A DNA stretch of 64,000 bases from Eledone cirrhosa (lineage: Eukaryota): the NCBI GenBank assembly GCA_964016885.1, contig OZ024743.1:17732001-17796000 (forward strand). The letters are read 5' to 3'. How positions within the stretch are numbered: position 1 is the stretch's first letter; every line of letters starts with the position of its first letter. Below are positions 37,305 to 50,525 of the stretch, one piece after another. Under the pieces are notes generated by a model, which saw only the letters and a program-made list of their open reading frames with translations, was not told the DNA's origin and did no database searches. The position numbers were made by a program, and so were the translations under genes.

Positions 37305-38500
37305 GTGTGCGCATGAATGTAGGTGTTTTTAGTGAGGTGTTTGTATGTGAATGTATGTAGTGAAAGTCGTGTGCGAATATATATATAATAGAAAGAGGAA
37401 ATATATGTGTGATATATGTAAGTGTGTTTGTGAGTCTAGAAACGTGTCATTGGTATGTTGGAGTACAGACTTTAAAATTAAACATTCTTGTGCATTTCTT
37501 TCCATTCGATTATTGATCCTAGGTTTTAATTGCTTGATTAATAGGGCTTCCTTAACTTTCACCAAGCCGATACATCGTTCTGTAGTTAAGAATGTGGTGG
37601 CAATGTTTTCCCGGCTTTCGTAGTTCATGATATGTTAGCGGAAGGAAGGGGGGTTGGTGTTAACATGTTCTTTAATACAGAGATATAATGGTCGAATAGT
37701 GCTACCTATGTAAGAGAGATTGCACGTGTTACATTCTAGCTTGTATACTATGTAGGCACGTAGGAAACAATTGGTGTTACGGATAGGGCAATTGACTAAT
37801 GTGCATCCGTTTTCCTCGTTGGGGGTTTGCCGTGTGGAAAGGCACCCACGCAGGGAAGATGCAGAGTGGGCTAGCTTGATATTGAGGCCGTCTCTCATGA
37901 TGGCTTTGAGTATGGCGATAGTGGTTTCCTCGCTGAGTTGTGGACTGTTAAAGGAGCAACAGTTGTTTGTAATGGCCCGGGGTTTCATCATGGAGTGGAG
38001 AAGGAAGCTGCATAGCCATTAATATCTAGTACCTTGTGGAATGCTCTGATATGGGTGGCTCTATGAGCAGCGTCGCTGCATCGGTTGCGTATGTGAGTCA
38101 GTTCGTTGGAGATGTACCCTTAATTAGAGCTGTTTAGGAGGACAGATTTGTAATGCAAAAACAAATCCCTGCTGGCCTCTTGTAGTAAAAATCAGTGTGG
38201 GTTCCCCTGGTGTCAGAGATTTTCAGTCTGAAATCAAGTAGAGCGATGAACCTCGAGTCAGTGGGATGTTATTGAACTTGATGTTATTGTCAGCATTGTT
38301 GAAAGAACCGAAAATCGTGTTAGCATTCTCCTTGGTGTAGGTGTGGATAAGTATATCGTCCACATATATAATGAAAAAAGCGCAGGAGCTGAGTATTCGG
38401 CGTTCAAGCCTGTTCATATACGAAATGGCCAGTAGACCCGAGAGGATGGATCCCATGGATGCAGCCTTTCGGGTCTGTCGGTAGGGTTGTCCTAGGAAGT
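37305..38500 (-). mobile_element. Decayed PLE (C-terminal RT + GIY-YIG), related to 46030-48467
   Basis: YRQT...MGSILSGLLAISYM, YVDDILI, CPIRNTNC...IVYKLECNTCNLSYIGSTIRPLYLCIKEH, KEALLIKQLKPRIN. Confidence 0.85.
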
Positions 38501-38578
38501 TGAAAAAGGCAAACAGTCCATTTCGCTGAAACCGACACACACACACACACACACACACACATACCCCCCCATCACCAC

Positions 38579-38624
<46 letters not shown>

Positions 38625-39049
38625 AGCTTTTGATAACAATATCTCAACATGTTTTGAACATATATTCTCTAGAGACTCAATCCTTTCAATGTCACCGATG
38701 TAAGACAATTAGAATTTGGGATTCTATGCATTCAATGTGAATATATTGATAATTCAATATCTAAACATATCCCAAACAAATTTCTGCTAATATGCTCAGT
38801 AAGCATGCACTAATATATAAACCGCGATTTGAAACTGTAGTTTCAAGTCCATTACTGATAATATATACAGAATACGTGCCCGCTGTTTAATTTATTTTAA
38901 AGTAGTTCTGATTACTCATTTTCAACTTTATGTTTTAGCAGTTAGCACCATAATACGCAGTGTCCTTATAACTTCACATCGAGTATGTTTTTCACCACAT
39001 TCTGCTGTACGTTCTAAGTCAATCGAGGTTAAAGTTACTTTCCATTATT

Positions 39050-39229
39050 GGTGGATTGACAGTATCGGCAGAGGGTCTGACGCAATGCTTTGCAGCAATG
39101 TGTTACGCCGCTTCATGATCTGTGTTCAAATACTGCCGAGGTTAACTTTGCCTTTGGTTCTTACGAGGTCGATTAAATAAAGCATCAGTAATACACTGGG
39201 ATAATTGCCTTGTGCCAAAAGTAGAAACA
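39050..39229 (+). mobile_element. SINE family 1 (older, diverged copy)
   Basis: ggtggattgacagtatcggcagagggtc...gttcaaatactgccgaggttaactttgcc...gtagaaac. Confidence 0.85.
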
Positions 39230-40503
39230 TGTATTAGAGAGTTGTATCGATAATTGAGTGTTTGTATCGATAATTGTAAAAATATTTGCGATATTCTGTT
39301 ATGTCGATTTACATTCTAAATTCAAATCCTAACGATTTAAACTCTGCATTTCATATATTCAGGTTTGATAAATTAAGGCATCAGTTGTGGGATCCATTTA
39401 CTTGACGTTTCCACTGCACGAACATTCCTAGTTTGTGCAATGTTAGACAGAATCACTTGAAGTATCAACTTACATTGAGATGGAGCTTATCTGAGAGGAT
39501 ATTTGTTTCTTTTTTTTTATAAGCGGCAAATTGTATGTATAAACAACTGTTGATTTTTCCCTAAAGGAATCGTTTTAAGAAGGGTGGTATAATCCTGTAC
39601 ATTTGAAGTACTATCAATATTTTGTTCTTACACACTACTGCCGAGTAAATGATTTTCTATATTCGTAAACGCCATGTGTTGCTCACACTCTAACATACAC
39701 ACATTATTAAGGAAGCGTTACTGGTGTTTTACCCTTACATTTTGAAATGTGACAAAAAAATCGTATTTTGTCTAAAGTGTTTTGATTCCTTACGATAATA
39801 ATCCCTACCACTTCATTCACTATGTTCAGCGTTGTAATATTATATCATACTGTTAGGCAATTAATCCTCATGATTTCAGATCATGATTTCCGATCATAAC
39901 CCTACTGAAATGCATCGAAAAATATATATGCTCCATTGAAGCCATAAAGTAACAGATCATTGATTCCTTTAGTTACATAGATGTGCAGAGAAGCGCTTTA
40001 TTATTCATTGTGTATTTGTTACGCAAGGTTGTCAAACGCATGAATTCGGCTTCTGAAGCCATGATTTACTAGATCAACGGTGTTCCTTTATGGTTAGCTT
40101 ACTGATTGAAACAGCACAAACCGCAATATTTCACCAATCATGGATATCTGTTATTTGAAGGGAAACTAATGAAACCGTGTAACGTTAAAATTAAATTGTA
40201 TTGAACATTGGCACGGGGTCATATGTTATATGTTACAATGTATACACGCACCAGCACTTCACATGCACTTAATAATTTTAGTATTCGAAGGCGGAAAGGA
40301 AACAATGATCACGAAAGTATTCGGGTTTGAATGGTAAATTGATGGAATGTAAATTAGTAAGGTATTTCCCTCTCGTTTTTACATTTCACTCCCTTACTGG
40401 CATTTGATAAAATAGTATACTGGTTTATACTAATAATAGAAGGATTATTCGACAAAGATTTTTAAACGTGATATGAAAGTAGTTTTGTACACATTATTCC
40501 AAT

Positions 40504-40564
<61 letters not shown>

Positions 40565-40789
40565 GGCGAAACATTTTTTTTCATGGTTTTTTAAATGAAA
40601 TCGTATTACGAAAGAAGTTTGATGAATTATATTGCTATCTATATTTTCAATTGTTGGTATATGAAAGATAAACACTAATTGCCAGCTAAATTATTCATAC
40701 AAATATACTGAATTCAAATCCATACAGTGACGGTTTGTTTAATATGTGTCTGTAATATTACGACAACATGACCCTCACCAAATATAACA

Positions 40790-40861
<72 letters not shown>

Positions 40862-42273
40862 CGTGAGGGTTTGTGTGTGTGCGTATTTCGGAAATGAATC
40901 ACTCAAATACATTGCCTTATATAGAGATGTTTTCAAATCACTGATGGTAGAAAGGAAAGAAATTGGCTCACGAATCAATAGCATAATCGTCTTGATGCTT
41001 TAATTAAAACACATCCCTTATATTTCTCGACCAGCCGCTAATATAGCTAAAGGCAACTCCAAAAAGGAATTATGAATGTCCTTGAAGTAATTACGCTAGC
41101 CAGAAAAAGAAAATAATTAAAATATATGTTGAAACAAGGTTTGCAGTTCAGGTACAAGGCCAGGAATGTTAGCGGTTTAGATCAACCCCAATCCATCATG
41201 AAGATAGAAAGTGAAAGTGCCCTAGGTGGAATTTTAAAATTATAATTTTAAAATGAATAACCAAAGTTCGCAGAGCATTGTGGCTGAAGCTGAAACGATC
41301 CCGTCAATTAATTATTCTTGTATTTGTTGAAATATTACGTATAAATACATGTTACAATATCAATGTGATAATAATTCGTACGTTTACACCTTAAGTTCAA
41401 AAGGCAAATATTCAATAGTTTGTCATTCCTCCAGCGTCCTAATAATATTCCAGGACATGTACATATTTTGATTGAATTCACTACACCTTACTACTATCCT
41501 TTCTAATGTTGAGTCAGCAAACGAAATCAATATAAACCTTGGCAACAGAAGATGCATCGTCAACAGCACTAATAACATCACACATAGTAGCATAAACATC
41601 CACACGAAGAACAACATTAAGCTTTGCATATATTCCAACAGTGAATTTTTTGCTCTCTTAGGTGAAATACAATAAATTTGAATTCTTACGATTGGCTTCC
41701 ACTAAATGTTGAATAGTTCATTCGTCAAAGTAAAACGTTTCGATTTATGTATCAGCTCATAATAAGGTTCCAATATGAGACTGAAAGCAAATAAATGCGT
41801 TTATATGGCTTCTTGTATGGACGTAAAGCGGCATTGGCCAATAGACAAGGAGGCGGTAAAATAACAGAACGCTTTATTTAATGACTCAAAAGAAATAAGA
41901 ACTGAAGACATCAAAGTTAGCACATGTATAAATATTTTTATTAGTGAAGTACCATTCCTGTGAATGCAGCATTAGACGGTCCTTTGTGCTAAGATTGTAG
42001 TAAGATTAACTTTATTTTTATGAGTGAAATTGTATTCTGTTTCGATGTAGAAAGTATAATGGTTAAGAAAGGATATTCCGTAACAGTTCAAAGAAATAAG
42101 AATGGCACTGAACCTGAAAATAGATATTGAATGGATATCATCGTTGGAACAGAATGGAATATTTTTTATGTCAGAGGACATAAGCACTTTTACACACAAC
42201 AAATTACATGTGAATAGCCACGCGGAACATATAAACTCTTGCACACAAACTCTCGCAAAAAAATATTAGACAT

Positions 42274-42369
<96 letters not shown>

Positions 42370-42540
42370 ACATATATACCCACTTATTCACTTATATATA
42401 TATATAAGGAAATAGTTATTTAATTTGTTGGTTATTCAACAAACTTATTTACAACAGATTCGAAGGACTCTGCAAATTTGTCTGTGGTATAATATCAATG
42501 ATATTAATACTTGGAAACTGTCTTTGTAAAACCATATTTT

Positions 42541-42597
42541 TTTTATTATATATATTTCAAGGGTAACAACATTTTGTTACGGGCTCATCAGATAAAA
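42541..42597 (-). ncRNA. Type I hammerhead motif
   Basis: Minus strand: UUUUAU CUGAUGA Gccc GUAACAA-aaug-UUGUUAC ccuU GAAA UAUAUA UA AUAAAA. Confidence 0.7.
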
Positions 42598-42726
42598 TAC
42601 ACAAATTGTTTTATAAATATTGACATATCCTAAAACAAGTTCATTTTGGATAGACTATCCAAAAAGAACTTAAAACGATGAGTTCTTGTTTTTGGATATG
42701 TCAATATTTATGAAATAATTCTTGTA

Positions 42727-42783
42727 TTTTATCTGAGGAGTGCGTACCAAAATGTTGGTACCCTTGAAATATATATAATACAA
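42727..42783 (+). ncRNA. Type I hammerhead motif (inverted sister copy)
   Basis: UUUUAU CUGAGGA Gugc GUACCAA-aaug-UUGGUAC ccuU GAAA UAUAUA UA AUACAA. Confidence 0.6.
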
Positions 42784-42925
42784 TAAATATGGTTTTATAA
42801 ATATAGTTTCCATTTATTTATATATTGGGTATTTACTCCACTAAACTGTTGAGTGCCTTATATCAGTCATAAAAATGTTTAAGGTTGTTGAATCCCAACA
42901 AATTAAATATAACCTAGGCATATAT

Positions 42926-43015
<90 letters not shown>

Positions 43016-43040
43016 ATATATATCTATATATGCCTAGGTT

Positions 43041-44398
43041 AATCAGTGGAGGATCAGTAACATCATCCCAGTGCCAAAGAAGGGAGATCTCTCTAACACC
43101 AACAACTACCGGGGGATCTTACTGTCGTCACTTGTGGCAAAGACCCTCAACAGGATGATTCTTAACAGGATCCAGCCTGAGATGGAGAAGAAGCTCAGGG
43201 ACAACCAGAACGGCTTCAGAGAGGGTAGATCAACCACAAGTCACATCCTGATGCTGAGGAGGATATTAGAGGGAGCTAGAGCAAAGTGCCTTCCTGCGGT
43301 CATGGTTTTCATTGACTTTAGGAATGCCTTTGATTCTGTGGACCGTTACTGCCTGATGAAGATCTTACAGGCTTATGGAATCTCCAAGAAGATAGTCGAC
43401 CTGATATCACTGCTCTACACGAACACCAAAGCCCAAGTCATTACACTTGATGGGATGACAGAGTTCTTTGAGATACTGGCTGGAGTGCTCCAGGGAGATA
43501 CATTGGCTCCCTACCTTTTTATCATCGTAGTGGACTATTGTATGCGCCTTGCACTGGAGAAACACCAGGACTCTGGCTTTACTGTAGCACCGGCTCAGAG
43601 CAGGAGAGTTAGGGCGAAAAATGTATCGGATGCTGAATTTGCCGACGACATAATTTTGGTGAAAAATACAGTGAAGGAGGCAGAGGATTTGATGCGGGAG
43701 GTTGAGACTGTGTCGATGAGTGTGGGGCTGAGAATGAATGAGACTAAAACAAAATATCTGGTAGAGAATGTTGAGAAGCCAGAGAGGATCACTAATGTAG
43801 GCGGTAAGCCGCTGGAATTGGTTGAGGACTTCCTGTATTTGGGAGCAAAGATTGGGAATACGGATGATGATGTAGTTGAGAGGAAGAGCCAGGCCTGGGC
43901 GGCGTGCCACATCTTGAGATCGGTGTGGAAGTCGGACCTTCGTAGAGACCTGAAAATCCGCCTCTTCATTGCTGCAGTGGAGTCTGTGCTGCTGTATGGG
44001 TCTGAGACTTGGACACTGACCAAGAAACTCACTCAGATGGTGGATGGTTGCTACACGAGAATGCTGAGGATGGCTCTGAACATTAATCAGTATACACTGC
44101 GGATGTAAAACTCAGAGCTGTATGGGAGCATCCCAAAAGTCAGCTCAAAAGTGACACAGAGGAGACTGAGGTTAGCTGGACATGCTCACCGACATCCAGA
44201 GTTGACATTGCACTCAGTACTTCTTTGGGAGCCCCTACATGGACACACTAGAAGAGGAAGACCAAAGTTAACGTATGTTGATGCCCTAAGGACAGACACT
44301 GGTCTGTTGGAGATACAGGACATGGCAGCGATAATGAGGGACAGAGACCGCTGGAGAGAACTCGTCCATGGATCTCGCGAATTTTACCCGCCTTAGAT
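43041..44398 (+). mobile_element. RTE-clade LINE, 5'-truncated (RT + C-terminus), with one in-frame stop at 44106-44108
   Basis: PKKGDLS...NYRGI, QNGFR, FIDFRNAFDSV, GVLQGDTLAPYLF, FADDI, FLYLG, VLLYGSETW, RRLRLAGH, RRGRPK, DRDRWR. Ends in (AT)n. Confidence 0.92.
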
Positions 44399-44432
44399 AT
44401 ATATATATATATATATGAAGAGGTTATATTAA

Positions 44433-44501
<69 letters not shown>

Positions 44502-44624
44502 TTTATATATATTTATATATATATATATAAATATATATATGTATACATATATAAATATAGTGGTAGAACACTGCAAGTTAATATCCGTAGTGGTAGAGCA
44601 CTCAGTCCATAGGAAGAGTCAGGT

Positions 44625-45578
44625 AGAACTGGTTACACAACAGTTAGTTCACCATACCGAGAACAATTGTTTTACCTTAGCGGATCCCCAGCTCGTAATG
44701 GACATGGTTATACGGAACGGGTAGGACAACCGTACGAACGTGCATGCGCAGAAACGGTCACTTAACTTAGGCAATACTAAATTGCGTGCGAGAGATGTAA
44801 TGGAGATAACTGCGAAAGTCTGAAGGTTGCTTGTTATTAGGATGTTGTAATTCAATCCTGAGCTTTGTAGTTATATAAGAGGTGTTTCCATACGTGTGGA
44901 CACCGTGTGAACAACGTGTGAAGAAATCATTTCTTGAGTTTAGGTAATCGCTATTGGGAACTCTCTTTAGAATATGTATTCGTTCATCAATACATAGTCC
45001 ACATGACGTATTGCCCTTGCGTATAGTTTGTACTTAGTGATGGCTTTCCATTGAAAGGAGTAGTCTATACTTGAGTCCTTGAGGGACCATACGTGGTTCG
45101 CGAGTTTCTTGGATGAACGTTTGTCGACTGGTGGTCCGCTAGCTACATATGGTCCCTCAAGGACTCAAGTGCAAGCCATACACAAGGGGCATTCCATCAT
45201 GTGGACTATATATTGATGACCACATACATATTCTATAGAGATTACGCAATCGCAATTGCCTAACCTCAAGATATGAATTATTCACGTGTTGTCTACACGT
45301 CTGGAAATACCTCTTACATACCTACAAATCTCCGAATTGAATTACAACAACATCCTAATGTTCTTATCAACTAGAAACTTTCGGACTTTGGAGTTATCTC
45401 CCTTACATCCCTCGCACGCAATTTAGTATTGCCTGGGTGAATTGACCGTTTATGCGCATGCGCGTTCGTACGGTTGTCCTTTCCGTTCCGTATAACCATG
45501 TCCATTACAATCTGAGGATCCGCTAAGGGGACGCAATTGTTCTTCGTATGGTGAACGAACTTCTGTGTAACCACTTCT
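44625..45578. mobile_element. Fold-back of a PLE 3' end (endonuclease C-terminus + pLTR in both orientations)
   Basis: Arms 44625-~45101 and ~45138-45578 are diverged reverse complements. The minus strand reads KLANHVWSLKDSSIDYSFQWKAI...NSRNDFFTRCSH. Confidence 0.82.
45506..45548 (+). ncRNA. Degenerate hammerhead, with sister copy at 44655-44697 (minus)
   Basis: The two arms complement each other to give a consensus UACGAG CUGAGGA U CC-gcuaa-GG n (G)AAA CAAUUG UU CUCGUA. Neither copy is intact. Confidence 0.45.
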
Positions 45579-45597
45579 ATATATATATATATATATA

Positions 45598-48500
45598 TTT
45601 TGGTCGTTTTGAAAGCCTCAACAATGCAGATGGGTAAATCTCCGGGTAACATAACCCGGTGGTGAAGAGAGAGATGTAAGGGAATGTAGAATGAGATGTG
45701 TAATGTGTAAAAGAACGTAGGAAAGAGCGTAAAAATAAAAAAAATAATAACACGAGATAGAGTAACCTTGGGAGAGATTTAATTGTCCCTATATTTCGGC
45801 GTCGTATCCATCAACTTAGGGGTTTTCCGTGTGGGGTGGGGGGTGGGGGTGGGGGATTTACCTGTCGGAGAGGAACGGTACGTGTCCTCTGCTGTCCACT
45901 GTTTGGGACTAACTGAGGTATTCTGTAGAGCGCACGTGCGCGCGGAATAGGTGCGGTGAAGCAAAGGTCGAAGCAGTTCTATTTATTGTGGGAGTGGGTT
46001 GGCGTTAGCTGTCAATCTATTGTACTATCTATATCCGCTTACCAGGATGCCTTCGTACAGCAGCTCTTCAAAACACCACTAGCCGCATACACCGCTCGTG
46101 AATCAAACAGATATTATGACATATCAACCGCCAATTACACATCGATAAGCAGACACTCTCAGAGCGGACACATAGATTAACAATAAAACCCGGCGACTTG
46201 CTCATTCAAATCACAAAAGCAATCGACAAGTGCTACCACTACAGAGTCCACACGAAACAAACGGCTCCTGCGGAAATATGATTGGATCTTGCTTAAACTC
46301 TACAACGAAAACACCAACACTAACAAACAGACAGACCAAAAACATATGAAAAATAGCAAAATAACAACCGCCGCCTCCACATCCACCAACACCGAGCCAT
46401 ACCACAACGATGCGACGCACCTTGTCACCGACCTAAACGGCACCCTCACGAACGAGGAGCTGGAACTCCTACGCCTCGGACCCAAATTTATCGTCTCACA
46501 GCGACTCGACGACAGACTAAAACTCGACATAGAAGCCAACTTCTGTCGAGCCGCCTACCAACTTAAATGGGTGACCGCCATCAACAGCGCCACAGAAAAT
46601 AACAGCGACCACACAACCCGACCCAAGTTCCCCACTTCCCACCTCAACAACCCACTCCACCCCCACCCACCAACCACGAATTCCACACTAAACTCATCAG
46701 GTTAAAACACTCCATCTCTGTTATCCTACCCAAACACACACACACACGCACAGCACACAACCTCACGAAATCTCAACTCACCACTCTCTCCACCCTGAAA
46801 TCGAAGAACCTCATCTAACTACCCTCCGACAGGGGAACAGAAATTCTGCGTCATCAGCAGAGGCGCCTACAACACCCTGGACCTCCAACACCTTGACGAT
46901 GACAACCTCTACTCCAAAGTCACAGGAATGACTCCCGCGCAGATCGAGGAGCCCATCAACGCCGCCTGGACCGGAATCTGTGACCGACGGCAGCACCCGA
47001 GGAAGCTCAGATACAACCTCCTCACAAGGAGCAGCAGACTAACCGTCTTCTACCACCTTGTGAAAACAGACAATCAGGGACCCGACCTGAAGATCAGACT
47101 TATTGTATCGAGCGTGGAAGGACCACTCTACAAAATTTCATGGCTCTTAGCCAGAATACACACACCGATACTAGACACCTTGCCGGGACACGTAAACAGC
47201 TCCGAGGAAGTGTTGGACCGCCTGCATCAAATGGATCCCTACACCAGAAAGACTAACAGATATGCCTTCAGCCTTGATGTGGTCGCACTTTACACGTCGG
47301 TCCCGGCGCTCCCGGCCGTTGACATACTGGTGGAACGCGTTCAATCTACCGACCTACATTGCTTCGGACTCACCCCCACTGACATCCACCAGCTCCTATC
47401 CGTCGTCGTTGACAACACGTATTTCGGTTTTCACGACCAAACATACCGGCAAACCTCGGGGCTGCCCATAGGCTCAAGCGTTTCGGGTGTGCTAGCGATC
47501 TCATACATTGACAGCCTCTAGCGCAAGGCACTCAACACCTGCCACCCTAACGCTGTCGCCTTTTTCTCAAGGTACGTGAACGACATCCTCATCCTCACAG
47601 CTTCCCCTGAGATGGCGAATGGAATTTATGTGACGTTCAACAACACGGACGAGACTATTGATTTTAATGTTGAACACCCCAACGACGTCGGGTCCCTTGC
47701 CCTCATCGGCTTTCGAATCAACATCACGGAGCAGGGAGGGATCTACACCAACTTCTACCGCAAGGCAGCCTGCAGGGACTTGTTCGTTCACTACAAGTCT
47801 GCCCTCCCTAATAGTACTAAAAGAGGGTACATCACGAACGAGATCGCGCGAATTAAAAACAGATGCAGCGAACCCGTGAGTGGTGTCACCCACACCTCAA
47901 AGTGCTACAGACGAACGAATACCCAGCCTCGCTCACAAAAAGAGTAAGAGACACCAGACGCAAGAGGCAGATAAACATCCAAGGCAAATGCTTCCTTAAA
48001 ATTCCACACCTGGACGAGAAAGCCATCAACGCTATCCGCAAGGCTATACGGGCCTCGAGACCTACCTGGCCCACTCGGGCGCCTCCCGGCGGAGTTGCCT
48101 CTCCAGGAAACCCTGGAAATCGACTGACGCGTGTCCCCTAACCAATTGTCCGATGCGCCATACGAACTGTTGCTTACGCACATCCGTTGTTTACAAGGTC
48201 GAATGGGATAAGTGCAACCACTACAATATCGCTAGCACAATCTGGCCGCTACATATCCGGATTAAGGAGCACATCAACACCAGGGTCTCTTCTTTCCGGA
48301 AACACATAACCAAATGCGTCAACAAAGACGGAAGGCCCATTTTCACAGTTCTAGCGACAGAACGCAACGTCGGTACGATACGAATCAAGGAAGCACTTTG
48401 GATCAAACGCCTAGGACAACAAATAAATAATCGATCCAAGAAAAGCGAGAAGAGGTGGTTGGTATAAACAAACGAGACAACAACACACGCACACTCACAC

Positions 48501-49023
48501 ACAGTGGCATTCGAACGATTGTTATTGTGTGTCCAGCACCGCCTCCACCGAACAACAAGCGACCAGGCTGACTACTACCATACTACTATACTACACTGCT
48601 AGTACCAAAAACCAGTACTTATAGATAGTACAATAGATTGACAGGTAACGCCATTCCACTCCCACAATAAAATGAACTGCTTCGACCTTTGCTTGACCGC
48701 ACCTATTCCGCGCGCACGTGCGCTCTACAGAATACCTCAGTTAGTCCCACAAAGTGGACAGCAGAGGACACGTACCGTTCCACTCCAACATATACCTCCC
48801 CCCCCCCCCCCCGGGGAAATCCCCAGTTGATGGATGCGAATCCGAAATTTAGGGACAAGTAAATCTCTCCCAAGTTAACTCTATCTCGTATTATTATTTT
48901 TATTTGTACGCTCTTTCCTACGTTCCTCTACACACTATACATCTCATTCTACATCCCCTTACATCTCTCTCTTCCCACTGGATTTACCCATCTGCATTGT
49001 TGAGGCTTCCAAAACGACAAAAA
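45598..49023 (+). mobile_element. Near-complete PLE (family B) with ~430-bp inverted terminal repeats (45598-46033 / 48620-49023)
   Basis: Long reverse-complement match between the two ends, with RT and GIY-YIG remnants inside. Confidence 0.9.
46040..48467 (+). pseudogene. PLE RT + GIY-YIG ORF, disrupted by frameshifts and stops
   Basis: LRLGPKF, RLIVSSVEGPLYKIS, FSLDVVALYTSVP, YRQTSGLPIGSSVSGVLA, YVND (for YVDD), FYRK, VVYKVEWDKC...LHIRIKEH, KEALWIK. Confidence 0.9.
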
Positions 49024-49082
49024 TAATTAAATCCTATTATTCCACAATGCTTCAACCAAACTTCATGACTCTCTTATATATT

Positions 49083-49116
<34 letters not shown>

Positions 49117-50207
49117 TATTAATACAAGATATTAACAAAAATAGACATTCGTGTGATCGAATATATTTTATTATACATATTTCAGAGGTACTGAGCTATC
49201 TTCAACAGTACGTTCTCATCCGATAAAATAAGATGATGCATGACATACCTTGACTAAGTAGATGGTTAAAATTCAGCTATTTCAGTGAATAAGATAGGAC
49301 AAAACTAAATATTTAAATACCTTAAGATTGAGACATGAAAACATTACATATAATACAGAGGGTGCGTGTGAGAAATCTTATAAAGATACATAATAATGAA
49401 CAACTATTAATATAATATAAACCTACATAACTGCTAGAAATTTAAATAATTTAAATTATTGAAGAACGGAGAAGTGAAAGACAGAGAGAGAAACAGATGA
49501 GGAAAAAGCGAGTGACTAGAAGTATAGAATTATCTTATGCACGAAAGCAAAATAAAATTGGTTAAGGATAGTGAGACGAGGAGAAAATATTTTTTATTGT
49601 ATAAAACATGGGGAGGGAGATTTGTATTGTTGTGGATAAATCATACAAACATTGTGAAATCCGACATTTCCAGTCGCAAATCCTTCTTTAACAGCTGTTC
49701 CAAACAGTCTTGCTTGATTAATATCGAAGCTGACTGCGATAGAACTAGCAACAAACAAAATCTCCTGGGATATATGGATATTGATAAATGCGTTCTGCAG
49801 CCAAAGGTTTCTTATTATTATAGTGAATACCTATAGGCTTTGTCGAGCAATTAAATGGAGGCTTGTGATGAATCACATTAAACACCGTTTACCTTTGAAG
49901 TTCCAGCTACCTCCGAAAGGGAAATGTTTTTCATCTCATATGCTACTGCCTGTGTCATATATTTTGTGCAGAAAATATATTGGGGAGAAAATATTTTCTC
50001 AAATTTGAGTCCTCGACAATTGTTTTCCACTATCATTCAATGTAAAGAAGAAATGCTACTATGAAGTTCAATTCATAAAATGTATTGTTATGACATGGGA
50101 TTTGGTATTATCTTTTCTAATATAAGAAAGTATTTCTCTTCCGTTCCCGTAAAGCAGACTGTTTGGCTTTATTATACCAAAATTCATACAAACTTAAATT
50201 ACTTAAC

Positions 50208-50525
50208 TGAGTTCAAATCCCGCCGAGGTTAACTTTGCCTTTCATCCTTAAGGGGTCGATAAAATAAAGTACCAGTAATGTACTGGCTTATTGCTGGCTT
50301 TGTGCCAAAAGTAGAAACAATTACTTAACTATGAAAAGGCGGTGGAATGGCAGCCCCGGTAGAGGGTCGGACACCATGCTTTGCGCATAGAGTTATGCCC
50401 CTTGCCATTCTGAGTTCAAATACCGCCGAGGTTAACTTTTCCTTTCATCCTTACGGGGTCGATAAAATAAATACCAGTAATGCACTGGTTAATTGCTGGC
50501 CTTGTGCCAAAGGTAGAAACAATTA
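50208..50525 (+). mobile_element. Two tandem SINE family 1 copies (truncated 50208-50323, full 50338-50525)
   Basis: Family match. aattacttaact occurs at 50197, 50319 and 50521. Confidence 0.9.

Larger units (their letters stand above)
42412..42914. repeat. ~500-bp fold-back element (two inverted pLTR-like arms, each with a hammerhead)
   Basis: Arms ~42412-42645 and ~42680-42914 are diverged reverse complements. Confidence 0.88.
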
